Assembly: GCA_021498125.1 (NCBI GenBank)
Contig: JAIZWL010000001.1
Location: forward strand, 1,104,099 to 1,168,098
Source of the DNA: Candidatus Thorarchaeota archaeon
Lineage (GTDB): Archaea; Asgardarchaeota; Thorarchaeia; Thorarchaeales; Thorarchaeaceae
DNA: 64,000 nt
Direction of reading: 5' to 3'
A program made the translations under genes and the position numbers. The notes under the pieces are model-generated. The model saw only the letters and a program-made list of their open reading frames with translations, did no database searches and had not been told where the DNA came from. Of this stretch, positions 19,109 through 28,339 are shown piece after piece; position 1 is the first letter of the stretch, and the number at the start of each line of letters is the position of its first letter.

Positions 19109-19777
19109 TTATCTCTCCTTATGCGATCTCATGAATTTGTGCCATTTGTTTCTCAATGAGCGGTATTGCGGGTCCTCCTCAAGGATAAATTTCCGAAACA
19201 GTCGTGATGCATCACGTCTTACTGATTCAGGAAGCTTGTGGTACGCGGCCTCATCCACAATGGGTACATTCCCGCTCACATCATTCTCCTGATCAAGTAG
19301 TTCTCTCAATAGATTCACCGCCTGATCTATCTCCTCTTCTTTAATCCTGATCCCATAGACCGATAACGCGCGGACCATGGATTTGAGTCGGCCCTCTGCA
19401 AATTTCGCCACGCCCTCATCGGCTTGCATCAGTTCGCTGAGTCCAAGTCTGTACTCTCTTGCTGTTGCGCGATAGTATCTCTGAACAATTCCTGTCACTG
19501 TCTGTTCTGTGCGCTCTTGGACGACAAGTCCTGCCTTCTTCAGTTTTTCAATGTGGTGTAGAATGGTGCCCGGATTCTTTCCAAGTGCGTCTGCAAGCTG
19601 TTTGACCGTCATTGCTCCATTTACCAAGTACTTGAAGAGAATTCGTGATCGTGTTGGCTCCATCAGGACCTTGATCGCCTTTGGGTCACTAATGATTGCA
19701 AGGTCTTTCATTGCTGGTACAGTATCCTCGTTTTTCACCAAATCATATCCCCCCAACAACCTCAATATCGCTTGCAT
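19109..19777 (-). CDS. ArsR-family winged-helix transcriptional regulator with C-terminal helical extension
   Basis: The segment 'LMEPTRSRILFKYLVNGAMTVKQLADALGKNPGTILHHIEKLKKAGLVVQ' is a typical ArsR/SmtB HTH. An alternative start, ATG 19711 (MKDLAIISDP...), would remove the 35-nt overlap with the upstream gene. Confidence 0.8.
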   Translation of the reverse strand: MQAILRLLGGYDLVKNEDTVPAMKDLAIISDPKAIKVLMEPTRSRILFKYLVNGAMTVKQLADALGKNPGTILHHIEKLKKAGLVVQERTEQTVTGIVQRYYRATAREYRLGLSELMQADEGVAKFAEGRLKSMVRALSVYGIRIKEEEIDQAVNLLRELLDQENDVSGNVPIVDEAAYHKLPESVRRDASRLFRKFILEEDPQYRSLRNKWHKFMRSHKER

Positions 19778-20663
19778 CTATAGTGTCTATGGGCCAGTCA
19801 TTCTCTCCACTAAGAATTAGATAGACTCGATTGAGTGTGATCGTCACTGCTGGGAAGAAGACAAAGACCAGTATAAGACCATAGATGACCCCGTAGCTTA
19901 TTATTACAGATACATACCCCGTCCCAACTAGTATCACGGGATTTAGAACAAGCATTGGTAGCATTAAGACCACATTGATGATGACAAAGGCAAACCAAGT
20001 ACTAAAGACCCGGTCAAAGTATTTTGTACCATAACGTAGGCTTGTTCGCAGGGCTTGTACGGCCGATTGCCCATCAATTATCGCAGGGAATAGCATTGTC
20101 AGCATTCCTGTGCTGACGAGCAGCCAGATCGTCGAGACCACCGATAATAGGATCAGTGGGCCATCAATTATGACACCCCCGGAGAACATCCCCATGATGG
20201 TCATAAGGACGATTAGTGGCCCTGCTACAATCAGGAAGGCCAAGGTTCCGCCAGCGGCGAGGGTGAGAAACTTTGATTTGTACCATCTGAAGACCCCCTC
20301 TGCTGTCGTGCCATTGCTCTCAATGACTTCGCGACCCATGCCAAACATTGCGCCCCCTGCAATGAATACCGGCAGCAGAATTGGCAGAATTACGAATATG
20401 ATGGCTCCTACTATTATCATTCCTGTAGTATTGTTCATCTCTGTAGATGTCTGAATGATCCACATCACGAACTCTTGGATATTTCCAGCCCATATGAAGA
20501 AGATACCCATGCCTATTGCAATGATCACTCCTAGCAAAACCAGTGAGAGCAGTATGACTCCAATTGCTCCAAGAAAGAATGAGATGAAGTTCCTTAATGC
20601 AAACTTAAACCCAATCTTCACGTCTTCAAGGAGCGTCTTGAAACTTGCATTTTTTGAACTCAT
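19743..20663 (-). CDS. Polytopic membrane protein (paralogue of 20715-21614)
   Basis: It has about 7 hydrophobic helices. GGTGAT lies 4 nt upstream of the ATG. The N-terminus 'FKTLLEDVKIGFKFALRNFISFFLG' aligns with 'IKTIFEDMKTSIGLARQNVLSYFLA' in the neighbouring gene. Confidence 0.8.
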   Translation of the reverse strand: MSSKNASFKTLLEDVKIGFKFALRNFISFFLGAIGVILLSLVLLGVIIAIGMGIFFIWAGNIQEFVMWIIQTSTEMNNTTGMIIVGAIIFVILPILLPVFIAGGAMFGMGREVIESNGTTAEGVFRWYKSKFLTLAAGGTLAFLIVAGPLIVLMTIMGMFSGGVIIDGPLILLSVVSTIWLLVSTGMLTMLFPAIIDGQSAVQALRTSLRYGTKYFDRVFSTWFAFVIINVVLMLPMLVLNPVILVGTGYVSVIISYGVIYGLILVFVFFPAVTITLNRVYLILSGENDWPIDTIDASDIEVVGGI

Positions 20664-20714
20664 GTTATCACCGTGATGGTGGTCGAGGGAATATGTCCCT
20701 CAACCTGTTGTTTT

Positions 20715-21614
20715 CTACACTATTGGGATCGACTCTTGCTCATGGATTGGAATCGAACCTTCTGTCATGTAGTAGTACACTCTGGTGATGGCAATTGTTG
20801 CCATTGGGAACAAGAGAAGGACCCATGCGAGACCTGTCACTCCGAGCCAGACTGTTAGACCGACACGGAGCGGATCGGAGGCTGTGAATGTCCACCCGCC
20901 AGCAGGCGCGGCTCCCATAATAATGGCAGGGATCGCTGAGATAATGAGGAGCACAGTGAACCCTGCCAGAAGGCCGAACACTCTGTCTGGATGTGCACGT
21001 GCCAGATTGACCGAGTCAATGACTGCCTCTTGCACGCTCTTGTTCTTCAGAACTCCTGGGATGACCATTAGGAGCAGTCCCAGTGTTATAAAGGTCCAAA
21101 CAAATGAGAAGATAGAGAGTATTGAGCTTGCAAGACCAGTGATTGGCATCCCGATCAATGTGCCAATAATTCCGAATACCAGTACTTGTGGCAACACAAT
21201 GATCGTGGTCATAATCAATCCCGCACCACCAAGTGATAGGCCCTTGTGACGAAACGTGGAGAACGCTGTTTCGGCGTGCGTGTCATCCGCATCAATGATT
21301 TCCTTGCTCATTCCAAAAATCGATCCGACTAGCATTACATTTAGAGTACCTAGTGGAAGAAGAATCAGAACCGCAGCAATCGCCATCACTAGTGGCTGGC
21401 TTGTCATTGATGCAAGGTTTGTTCCAACGGCTCTCCATTGCGCAGCATTGAATCCGACAAAGAATGTTGCAAAGGGGATTGCTACTGCGGCAATGATCGT
21501 TCCCATCAAGACTAGCATTCCGAGGGTCGCTAAGAAATAACTTAGGACATTTTGGCGTGCTAATCCTATGCTGGTCTTCATATCCTCGAAGATCGTCTTG
21601 ATGTCTACGGACAT
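20715..21614 (-). CDS. Polytopic membrane protein (paralogue of 19743-20663)
   Basis: It has multiple TM helices. The ORF opens at 21665, but ATG 21614 (MSVDIKTIFEDMK) aligns with the paralogue's start and is preceded by GGTGA. Confidence 0.75.
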   Translation of the reverse strand: MSVDIKTIFEDMKTSIGLARQNVLSYFLATLGMLVLMGTIIAAVAIPFATFFVGFNAAQWRAVGTNLASMTSQPLVMAIAAVLILLPLGTLNVMLVGSIFGMSKEIIDADDTHAETAFSTFRHKGLSLGGAGLIMTTIIVLPQVLVFGIIGTLIGMPITGLASSILSIFSFVWTFITLGLLLMVIPGVLKNKSVQEAVIDSVNLARAHPDRVFGLLAGFTVLLIISAIPAIIMGAAPAGGWTFTASDPLRVGLTVWLGVTGLAWVLLLFPMATIAITRVYYYMTEGSIPIHEQESIPIV

Positions 21615-21714
21615 TTCATTCACCATGATTGTTAAACGTTTGACGTTTGTCAAACATTGTACCATATCAAATCTATTTAAACCTTATGCATTCCCGTCTG
21701 GTGATGACTCGCTG

Positions 21715-22365
21715 ATGCAAACTCTCAAACAAGATCTTCATACACATACTACTTTCTCCGACGGTTCTAGCACAGTGGAGGAGGTAATTGGCAGGGCAGC
21801 TCAAGTGCATCTTGATGTCTTAGCAATCACCGATCACTTCTGGCCCTCTCTTGGTGGGATAAAAGGTGGCGTTGAGATCATCGAGGAGCGTCGCACCGCC
21901 ATTGAACAAGCTGCATCTCAATATCCCAAGCTGCGTGTTCTTGATGGTGCTGAAGTTGATATTCAGTCCGATGGCACTTTTGCCTCCGTGGCTGGTGGTC
22001 TTGATCAGTTTGACATCGTGATTGGTTCACTTCATTACTACTGTGACTCAACACAATGGGCCTCTATTATGCTACGTGCCTTACGATTGAACTCGTTTCA
22101 TATTGTTGGTCATTGGGATGGGTACCTCTCTTCATATCGGCCTGAGGATGGTGACATTGTTGCAAAGGCTCTTGCAGACTATGGTGTGGCAGTTGAATTG
22201 AGTTCCCGCTATGTGTCAGAGCACGAGGACTTTTTCATTATGGCTCGTGATTATGGTTGTGTCTTTACTCTTGGAAGCGACTCACATCATGCAAGTACTG
22301 TTGGAGATCTTGATGATCAGCGTGCATTAGCCCAGGCACTGGATCTGCCTCTCCTTGATATCTAA
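21715..22365 (+). CDS. PHP-domain (histidinol-phosphatase family) metal-dependent phosphoesterase
   Basis: The segment 'DLHTHTTFSDGSSTVEEVI...LDVLAITDHF' is the PHP motif I/II. Later motifs are 'GSLHY', 'VGHWD' and 'LGSDSHH'. The ORF track begins at 21568, but the conserved domain begins right after ATG 21715. Confidence 0.8.
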   Translation: MQTLKQDLHTHTTFSDGSSTVEEVIGRAAQVHLDVLAITDHFWPSLGGIKGGVEIIEERRTAIEQAASQYPKLRVLDGAEVDIQSDGTFASVAGGLDQFDIVIGSLHYYCDSTQWASIMLRALRLNSFHIVGHWDGYLSSYRPEDGDIVAKALADYGVAVELSSRYVSEHEDFFIMARDYGCVFTLGSDSHHASTVGDLDDQRALAQALDLPLLDI

Positions 22366-22441
22366 CTCTGATGTTGATATCCGTTCACGATACAGTTCTC
22401 TCAAGACGGTCGTGACTTTGTTGGCGAGTTCACTGAGGTCA

Positions 22442-23083
22442 TTACAGCTTTGATGGAGCTGTTGCCGTTGCTGGGCCTCCGTGGTCGTTCTCTTCGAATT
22501 CTTCCTTAGTGATGATTTTTGCATACATCTGGTTGAGTTCCATGAACATCTCAAGATACTCTTCATTAGAGATCCGCAAGAAGATAAGGTCCTCTCCGCG
22601 ATTCGCTCTCTCAATGAAGATCGCTCGTTCAATGCTCCTTGGAAAGAATCCATACAATAGCAATGCGGAAGTTATTCCAGCAAAGGTGAGAAATACAAAC
22701 GTGTCTAGAACGAGATTGCCGCCATAGCGAAGGTCTCTGCTTATGCATAACAATGAGAAGAGCAAGGGATAGAAGAAAAGAAAGAATCCAATGACTCCTG
22801 TCAATGCAGTACCAAATGTCCTCTTGCTTGTATGATCTTCACAGACGGGGATCCTTAGAACAATTGATGTAGATGAGCCAGACGGAGAATATGGGATACC
22901 TGTTGGTTTTGTGTAAATTGATGCGTACCGGCTAAAATAGACCTCGCCATGGACTTCTTTTTCATTGACTTTTATTTCGAATCGATCATTTGCCGAGGTG
23001 AGGCAGACCGGACACTTCTCTGGGAACTGCATCCTTGACAGTTTGCATTTGATGATTCGTTGTTTCGTGTCGGTTGTGTTCAA
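22442..23083 (-). CDS. Zinc-ribbon / two-TM membrane protein (paralogue of 25371-25952)
   Basis: An N-terminal 'CKLSRMQFPEKCPVC...PVCEDH' segment gives four Cys/His ligands. Two TM helices and a conserved C-terminal 'ERAIFIERANRGEDLIFLRISNEEYLEMFMELNQMYAKI' follow. Confidence 0.75.
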   Translation of the reverse strand: MNTTDTKQRIIKCKLSRMQFPEKCPVCLTSANDRFEIKVNEKEVHGEVYFSRYASIYTKPTGIPYSPSGSSTSIVLRIPVCEDHTSKRTFGTALTGVIGFFLFFYPLLFSLLCISRDLRYGGNLVLDTFVFLTFAGITSALLLYGFFPRSIERAIFIERANRGEDLIFLRISNEEYLEMFMELNQMYAKIITKEEFEENDHGGPATATAPSKL

Positions 23084-23198
23084 CTGATGGCCTTCTTTTT
23101 CATGTTATTGGAGGTCTCAAATCATTATAACTATATGCAATAAGATATAAAGTTTCTTCAGCTCCTCTTGAGCGCTTCTCGCCTTCGCCTGATATTAT

Positions 23199-23225
23199 TA
23201 CTACTACTACTACTGCTGCTGCTGC
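23199..23225. repeat. Compound trinucleotide microsatellite (TAC)5(TGC)4
   Basis: Read directly from the sequence. It lies 6 nt beyond the stop codon (23232-23234) of the beta-helix gene. Confidence 0.95.
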
Positions 23226-23231
23226 TTGCAT

Positions 23232-24431
23232 TCAAAATAGCTTCTTCACTCCAATGATCAATAGCGCGACGCCCACTACGCTAATGAACGAAGAGAAAAT
23301 GATGATGCCCGGATCATCAACTAAACCTATACGAGCGAGTGTCACTTGAACTGTACTACTAGCGGTGTTCCCAGCGCAGTCTTGTACCTGTACTACTATT
23401 ATATTAATTCCAATCCTCAAGTTTTCAGGGGCAAATGAGATCAATCCATTATCCCAATATTGCTCGATAGCGTTGACTCCGTTGATTGTCACATAGTACT
23501 TGTTCGGAAACTCGTCATGTGCTTTCCATTTTAAGATGGGTGGCTTCTGATCGTATCTGATAGAGATATTACCAAAAAATTCGGTTCGAATTATGTGGGG
23601 TCTTTTGTCATCCGTCAATAGTGTAGGGAATCGATCTCTACTGTTAGACGGGCCTCTTATAGAATAGTCGCCAATTCCAGAATAATCGTTCCACATATTA
23701 CCAGTACTAACATTGTTATCCCACAGATTCTCAGTTCCTCCATCTACGGCATTCCACCCGCAGCCAGATGTATCTTGAGGGCCATTCCATCCAAATGTGT
23801 TTGAGAATGTCTGAATGTGTTCCGTGTTCGTGTTTAATGTTATTCCAGCCTGACTATTGCCAAATATTGTGTTTCCCAGAATTATTCCGTTGGATGTATT
23901 GGTTGCAGATACTCCAATCTGGTGCTGATAGACTCTGTTCTCTTCAACGGTGAAGTTGACGGTGTTACTGATACTTATTCCCGTATTGCAGAGTGAAATA
24001 TTATTTACAGTGATTTTGATGTCTTCGGAATTGTCCAGTGAAATTCCTGATGTTGCATTGATGATTACACAGTTTCTGATGACCACATTAATACTATTTA
24101 TTATCTTGATACTTGCTTCGGTCCCTCCGTTAAGATAGCAGTTCCGGATAAGGACATGTTCTGTAGTGTTTTGCAATGAGATTCCAAATGTACTACCTTG
24201 GATGTTGTAGTGTTGTATCAGGAATGGGTGCGCTTCAGTACCATACCCAGGGAAAATCTGTAGGTCCGAATTACCATTGATGAGAATCGGATCTGTCGCG
24301 CTTAAGGCTGTCTGTGATACCATCTGACGATCTATTCTCTCTTGTTCATGTGGAGTGCAGGTCATCCCCATAATTACTATCACAAGTGCTACTGCTATCA
24401 GGCCCTTGTACAGGTACTCTGTCCTCCTCAT
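23232..24431 (-). CDS. Surface protein with right-handed parallel beta-helix (PbH1/NosD-like) repeats, N-terminal signal anchor and C-terminal TM anchor
   Basis: Repeated units such as 'VLIRNCYLNG / VVIRNCVIINATSGISLDNS / ITVNNISLCNTGISISNT / NGIILGNTIFGNSQAGITL' are typical PbH1 repeats. The C-terminus 'IIIFSSFISVVGVALLIIGVKKLF' is a membrane anchor. Confidence 0.75.
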   Translation of the reverse strand: MRRTEYLYKGLIAVALVIVIMGMTCTPHEQERIDRQMVSQTALSATDPILINGNSDLQIFPGYGTEAHPFLIQHYNIQGSTFGISLQNTTEHVLIRNCYLNGGTEASIKIINSINVVIRNCVIINATSGISLDNSEDIKITVNNISLCNTGISISNTVNFTVEENRVYQHQIGVSATNTSNGIILGNTIFGNSQAGITLNTNTEHIQTFSNTFGWNGPQDTSGCGWNAVDGGTENLWDNNVSTGNMWNDYSGIGDYSIRGPSNSRDRFPTLLTDDKRPHIIRTEFFGNISIRYDQKPPILKWKAHDEFPNKYYVTINGVNAIEQYWDNGLISFAPENLRIGINIIVVQVQDCAGNTASSTVQVTLARIGLVDDPGIIIFSSFISVVGVALLIIGVKKLF

Positions 24432-24507
24432 AATGAGTAGATTAGATACTTTCCCCTTAATTGCCTTTGCGCAAGACCTATACCTTTTGGTTGCAAAGGT
24501 ATGAGAT

Positions 24508-25350
24508 ATGGCCTATGAATCATCTCTTCCTGTGACCATCTCTCAGGTCGACGCCTCTCCGGATCTGAAAGAGAGCATTCGAAATGCTCTTGCCCCGCTC
24601 GGCGGTATTGATTCGTTCGTACATTCTGGGGACACTATCTCGCTCAAGCCGAATCTAAATAGTGCTGATCCTTATCCCGCCTCAAGTGATTCGGCATTTA
24701 TTCAGGCTCTTGGAGAAGTGTTCCTAGAAGCCGGAGCCTCCAAGCTGCGTATTGTCGAGTCTGCAATGATTAGTACAAGTACACGCAAGGTCGCCATGAA
24801 GACAGGCCTCCTTGATGTGGCGCAAGCTCTTGGGGCCGACGTGGAATTTCTCGATGAGGGGAACTGGATCCGGACTGAGATTCCACGGGGGACTGATCTC
24901 ACAGAGGTGCATGTTGGAGAAGAGCTCCTAAAGAGCGAAAAGCTGGTCTTGGTGCCATGCCTCAAGACTCACAAGTTTGCACGGTATACTGGCGCGATGA
25001 AGCTCATGATGGGAGGCATTCGGCCTCGTGATCGATTGAAGATGCATGCCCGAGGTCTGGAGGTAAAGATTGCCGATCTCGCTACATTATTCTCTCCGCA
25101 TCTCATTGTCATGGATGCGCGGCGTGTCTTTGTCACAGGCGGGCCGTTCAATGGACAGATAGAGGAGCCCGGTGTGATCATTGCTGGGACGAACATCTTG
25201 GCTGTTGATGTTGTAGGTGTGCGTCTGCTTCAGCGATATGATGCAAAGAACCGGCTTGATATGCCAGTATGGGAGCTCCCGCAGATACGACACGGTGTGG
25301 AGGTTGGTCTTGGTGTATCAACTAACGAGGACATACGTGTAGTCCCTTGA
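24508..25350 (+). CDS. DUF362-domain protein
   Basis: The segments 'ISLKPNLNS', 'LVPCLKTHKFARYTGAMKLMMG' and 'IVMDARRVFVTGGPFNGQ...IIAGTNILAVDVVGVRLL' match the DUF362 pattern as I remember it. Confidence 0.65.
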   Translation: MAYESSLPVTISQVDASPDLKESIRNALAPLGGIDSFVHSGDTISLKPNLNSADPYPASSDSAFIQALGEVFLEAGASKLRIVESAMISTSTRKVAMKTGLLDVAQALGADVEFLDEGNWIRTEIPRGTDLTEVHVGEELLKSEKLVLVPCLKTHKFARYTGAMKLMMGGIRPRDRLKMHARGLEVKIADLATLFSPHLIVMDARRVFVTGGPFNGQIEEPGVIIAGTNILAVDVVGVRLLQRYDAKNRLDMPVWELPQIRHGVEVGLGVSTNEDIRVVP

Positions 25351-25370
25351 CCGGCCACTGCGCAGTTCAT

Positions 25371-25952
25371 CTATGTTGAGATTATTCTTGCATGCATCTC
25401 ATTGAGTTCCAAGAATTGTCTTCTATAGTCGTCATTCCGAATACGGAGCATGACTGTATCTTTGCCACGATTGATTCTCACAAAGATGATTGCTCGTTCA
25501 AGGCCTCTCGGAAGGAAGCCGAAGAGCAGCAGGCCGATCATAATACCACACATCAAAATGAGCAGAACGGTATCTGACAACAGAGGTCCCCCGTAACGAA
25601 CATCACGAATGATTGCAAGAATGAAGAACAGAGCTGGATAAAACAGAATAAAAAATCCTAGCACTCCAACAAATCTCTTCTTCATAGTTCTAATGTGCGC
25701 ATGAATGGCGCACGCCGGAATCCAAAACAGGACAGATGATCGCAGGCCCGGGCTTGCTTCATCTACGCCTGTACCATAGGAATAGACTGCAGCAGTTGAG
25801 TCATCCCCGTCTGTACCATGTTCGTTCTCAAGCACGGTGATCGGAATAAGATCATATGGCTCGTCCATGCAGACTGGGCACGCCTCTGGGAATTTCAGTT
25901 TAGAGAGAGTGCATTTAATGATGCTCTGCGACGTACCATATTCCGTCATCAC
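25371..25952 (-). CDS. Zinc-ribbon / two-TM membrane protein (paralogue of 22442-23083)
   Basis: The segments 'IIKCTLSKLKFPEACPVC', 'IPACAIHAH', 'VGVLGFFILFYPALFFILAIIRDVRYGGPL' and 'ERAIIFVRINRGKDTVMLRIRNDDYRRQFLELNEMHARI' align colinearly with 22442-23083. Confidence 0.75.
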   Translation of the reverse strand: MMTEYGTSQSIIKCTLSKLKFPEACPVCMDEPYDLIPITVLENEHGTDGDDSTAAVYSYGTGVDEASPGLRSSVLFWIPACAIHAHIRTMKKRFVGVLGFFILFYPALFFILAIIRDVRYGGPLLSDTVLLILMCGIMIGLLLFGFLPRGLERAIIFVRINRGKDTVMLRIRNDDYRRQFLELNEMHARIIST

Positions 25953-25979
25953 CTAAGCCTCATTGCCTCTCGAACGATC

Positions 25980-26354
25980 TTACTCTATGGGTGGCATGAC
26001 AACAATCTGAATACTTGTGAATGGTTTTCCTTCAGGGTCCTCTGCATCAAAGGTATCAAAGGCCATCTGGTAGATAAAACGCCCCTCGCGCTTCTTGATC
26101 TCGTGGGCCACACGGACTGCCAGTCCAACACCCTTGAAACCATAGCCTCGGATGGCGACCATGCGATGATCGTTTTTGACCAGATTATGAACCGTCGCTG
26201 CAATCTTACCAATGTTGATCCGTCCCGCAGTGGGTGAGATCTCAAGGAGTACATATTCACTTGTCGGAAAGACTTCGACCTCGTCTTTCATCGTGATTGA
26301 GACTATTGCATCACTCACGCGCAATTGTTCTGGGACTCTCTCTTGGAGGGACAT
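25980..26354 (-). CDS. Alba-superfamily-like nucleic-acid-binding protein (tentative)
   Basis: The segment 'INIGKIAATVHNLVKNDHRMVAIRGYGFKGVGLAVRVAHEIKKR...FTSIQIVVMP' follows the Alba beta-alpha-beta-alpha-beta-beta pattern (compare Sso10b 'IGKKPVMNYV...[24 protein letters not shown]...STIEIAI'). It carries a roughly 35-aa N-terminal extension. Confidence 0.45.
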   Translation of the reverse strand: MSLQERVPEQLRVSDAIVSITMKDEVEVFPTSEYVLLEISPTAGRINIGKIAATVHNLVKNDHRMVAIRGYGFKGVGLAVRVAHEIKKREGRFIYQMAFDTFDAEDPEGKPFTSIQIVVMPPIE

Positions 26355-26480
26355 GTCTCATTTTCATTGCACAAGTGTTAATCAACTTGGCGTTTTCTAC
26401 AGGCAAGTAAACATAGTGTCACTATCTTACCGTTAATATACTGTTCTTGAAACTAGATAGATAATACTGGAGGCCCCCGC

Positions 26481-27461
26481 ATGGATCGTAAAAAGACATT
26501 AGCCTTTAGCGTTGCAATCATAGTTGTGGCTTCAGTCGCTCTTGTCGCGATTTGGAACCCCATCACCCCTCCGGACGTACGAATCGGCTATCTCTCCCAA
26601 GACCTCCACCAGCTTGCCCTGCGTGTTGCTGTGGAGAAAGGTTGGTTTGAAGAGGCCGGACTACGAATCGAGCTTGCCCAATTTGCAAATGGAGCGTATG
26701 AGATGGACGGCTTTCTGGCTGGCCAGATCGATATGGGTTATCTGGGTGCGGCTCCTGCCTTGACAAAATCAATAGCGCAAGGGATCAATATCACAATTCT
26801 TGCAGCCGTCAATCTTGAGGGTTCTGCTCTTATGGTTTCAAAGACCGAATACGATGCAGGTCGTGTGACGAAGGTCGCTGATCTAGCTGGGAAGATAATA
26901 CTTCAGCCGGGACCATCAACGGTTCAGAACTTTCTATTGCGACTGGCATTGAATCAATCCGGATTGACCGTCAACGATGTTTCGCTTGAGACCGCTCGCC
27001 CGCAAGACATGGCAATCTCTCTCAGTACTGAAAAGCCTGCCTTCATTGTGTGGGAGCCATTCCCCTCTCTTGCTGAATATAATGGTGAGGCCGTACCTCT
27101 CAAGTTGTCTGGTGAGATCTGGCCGAAACATCCCTGCTGTGTTGTTGCTTCATCCAACACATTTCTGCGGGATCATCCTGACATCGTGCAGAAGGTCATC
27201 GAGATTCACAAGAGGGCTGAACAGTGGATTGTTGCCAACCCCACTGAGGCTCTTCAGATTGCAATAGACTGGCTTGGTATGGACTCCACCCCTGTCGAAA
27301 CCGCGTTCAATCGGATCATATACGACTACAATGTCAATCGTACAGGTATTCAACGATATCTGGAATTTTTGATCAATCAGAACTTGGTCACTATGGAGTT
27401 AAGTCAGGTCGGTCCGTTCCTTGACCGCTTCATCAATACAACATTTATCGAGAGCGCCTAA
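26481..27461 (+). CDS. ABC transporter substrate-binding protein, NMT1/SsuA/TauA-like (nitrate/sulfonate/bicarbonate family)
   Basis: GGAGG lies upstream and there is an N-terminal anchor. The segment 'IRIGYLSQDLHQLALRVAVEKGWFEEAGLRIELAQFANGAYEMDGFLAGQIDMGYLGAAPAL' is the typical family pattern. The gene is followed by a cognate permease. Confidence 0.8.
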   Translation: MDRKKTLAFSVAIIVVASVALVAIWNPITPPDVRIGYLSQDLHQLALRVAVEKGWFEEAGLRIELAQFANGAYEMDGFLAGQIDMGYLGAAPALTKSIAQGINITILAAVNLEGSALMVSKTEYDAGRVTKVADLAGKIILQPGPSTVQNFLLRLALNQSGLTVNDVSLETARPQDMAISLSTEKPAFIVWEPFPSLAEYNGEAVPLKLSGEIWPKHPCCVVASSNTFLRDHPDIVQKVIEIHKRAEQWIVANPTEALQIAIDWLGMDSTPVETAFNRIIYDYNVNRTGIQRYLEFLINQNLVTMELSQVGPFLDRFINTTFIESA

Positions 27462-27505
27462 CGGTAGAAACAAAAGCCGCTTGTGCTAGCAATAGGTCGA
27501 GTGGA

Positions 27506-28339
27506 ATGGCGCAGACAGAAGATCAAACCGATACGAGACCCAAACATGGGATGTTGGCACGTCTCAAGGCAATGACGTTGCGTGATGTCCTTCTCAAGGG
27601 TCTCATCCCAATTTTTATTTTATTGGCGATCTGGCAGATCGTTGCCTACATTGCACAAGGTATCACTCTGTTAGACATTGGTTATGCCTTTGTGAAACTC
27701 GTTGTTCACGGAGATACTGATGGCCGTACTCTTACAGAACATACCGCTATGAGCCTCTTTCGGGTGACCCTCGGGTTTGTCGCTGCCATTGTCACTGGCA
27801 TTCCCCTGGGCATTGCTACTGGCCGCTACAAGATCGTCGATGCAGTCTTGGGGCCCGTGATAGAAGCAATTCGCCCCATTCCGCCAATTGCATGGATTCC
27901 GCTCTCAATCCTCATATTCCGGACGAACATTATGGGTGCACAGATATTCATTATCTGGATCGGCGCCTTCTTTCCGATACTTCTCAATACGACTACTGGT
28001 GTGAAACGAACTGAACCGGTTCATCTTGATGTGGCACATTCGTTTGGTGCCTCGGAGAACCAGATCCTGACCAAGATCGTCTTGCCCTCAGCAGCGCCCG
28101 AGATCTTTGCGGGTCTTCGATTAGGTTTTGGCATAGGGTGGATGTGTCTTGTGGCTGCTGAGATGATTGGTGGGGGACTTGGACTTGGGTATCTCGTGAT
28201 CATCACAGAACAGCTTGGTCGTACCGGCGAGACCATTTCTGCTATGCTGGTGATCGGGTTCATTGGTTTTCTGATCAGCTATCTCTTTCTGATTATCGAG
28301 CGTAACACAATGAAATGGCGTCGTGAGATTGCCATCTAA
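27506..28339 (+). CDS. ABC transporter permease (SsuC/TauC-like, BPD-transport family)
   Basis: It has six hydrophobic helices and an EAA-like loop ('...VAHSFGASENQILTKIVLPSAAPEIFAGLRLGFGIGW'). Confidence 0.85.
   Translation: MAQTEDQTDTRPKHGMLARLKAMTLRDVLLKGLIPIFILLAIWQIVAYIAQGITLLDIGYAFVKLVVHGDTDGRTLTEHTAMSLFRVTLGFVAAIVTGIPLGIATGRYKIVDAVLGPVIEAIRPIPPIAWIPLSILIFRTNIMGAQIFIIWIGAFFPILLNTTTGVKRTEPVHLDVAHSFGASENQILTKIVLPSAAPEIFAGLRLGFGIGWMCLVAAEMIGGGLGLGYLVIITEQLGRTGETISAMLVIGFIGFLISYLFLIIERNTMKWRREIAI

Noticed and set aside
23199-23225. (TAC)5(TGC)4 microsatellite as a phase-variation switch for the beta-helix surface protein
   Set aside because: It lies just beyond the stop codon, not in the coding region or promoter, so length changes would not alter the reading frame or expression in any obvious way. 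It is kept only as a repeat feature.
28336-28339. Tail-to-tail 4-nt overlap (CTAA) of the ABC permease and ATPase stop codons, with the ATPase on the opposite strand from its partners
   Set aside because: It is real but of little consequence. It is most simply a local inversion of the ATPase gene with compact genome packing.
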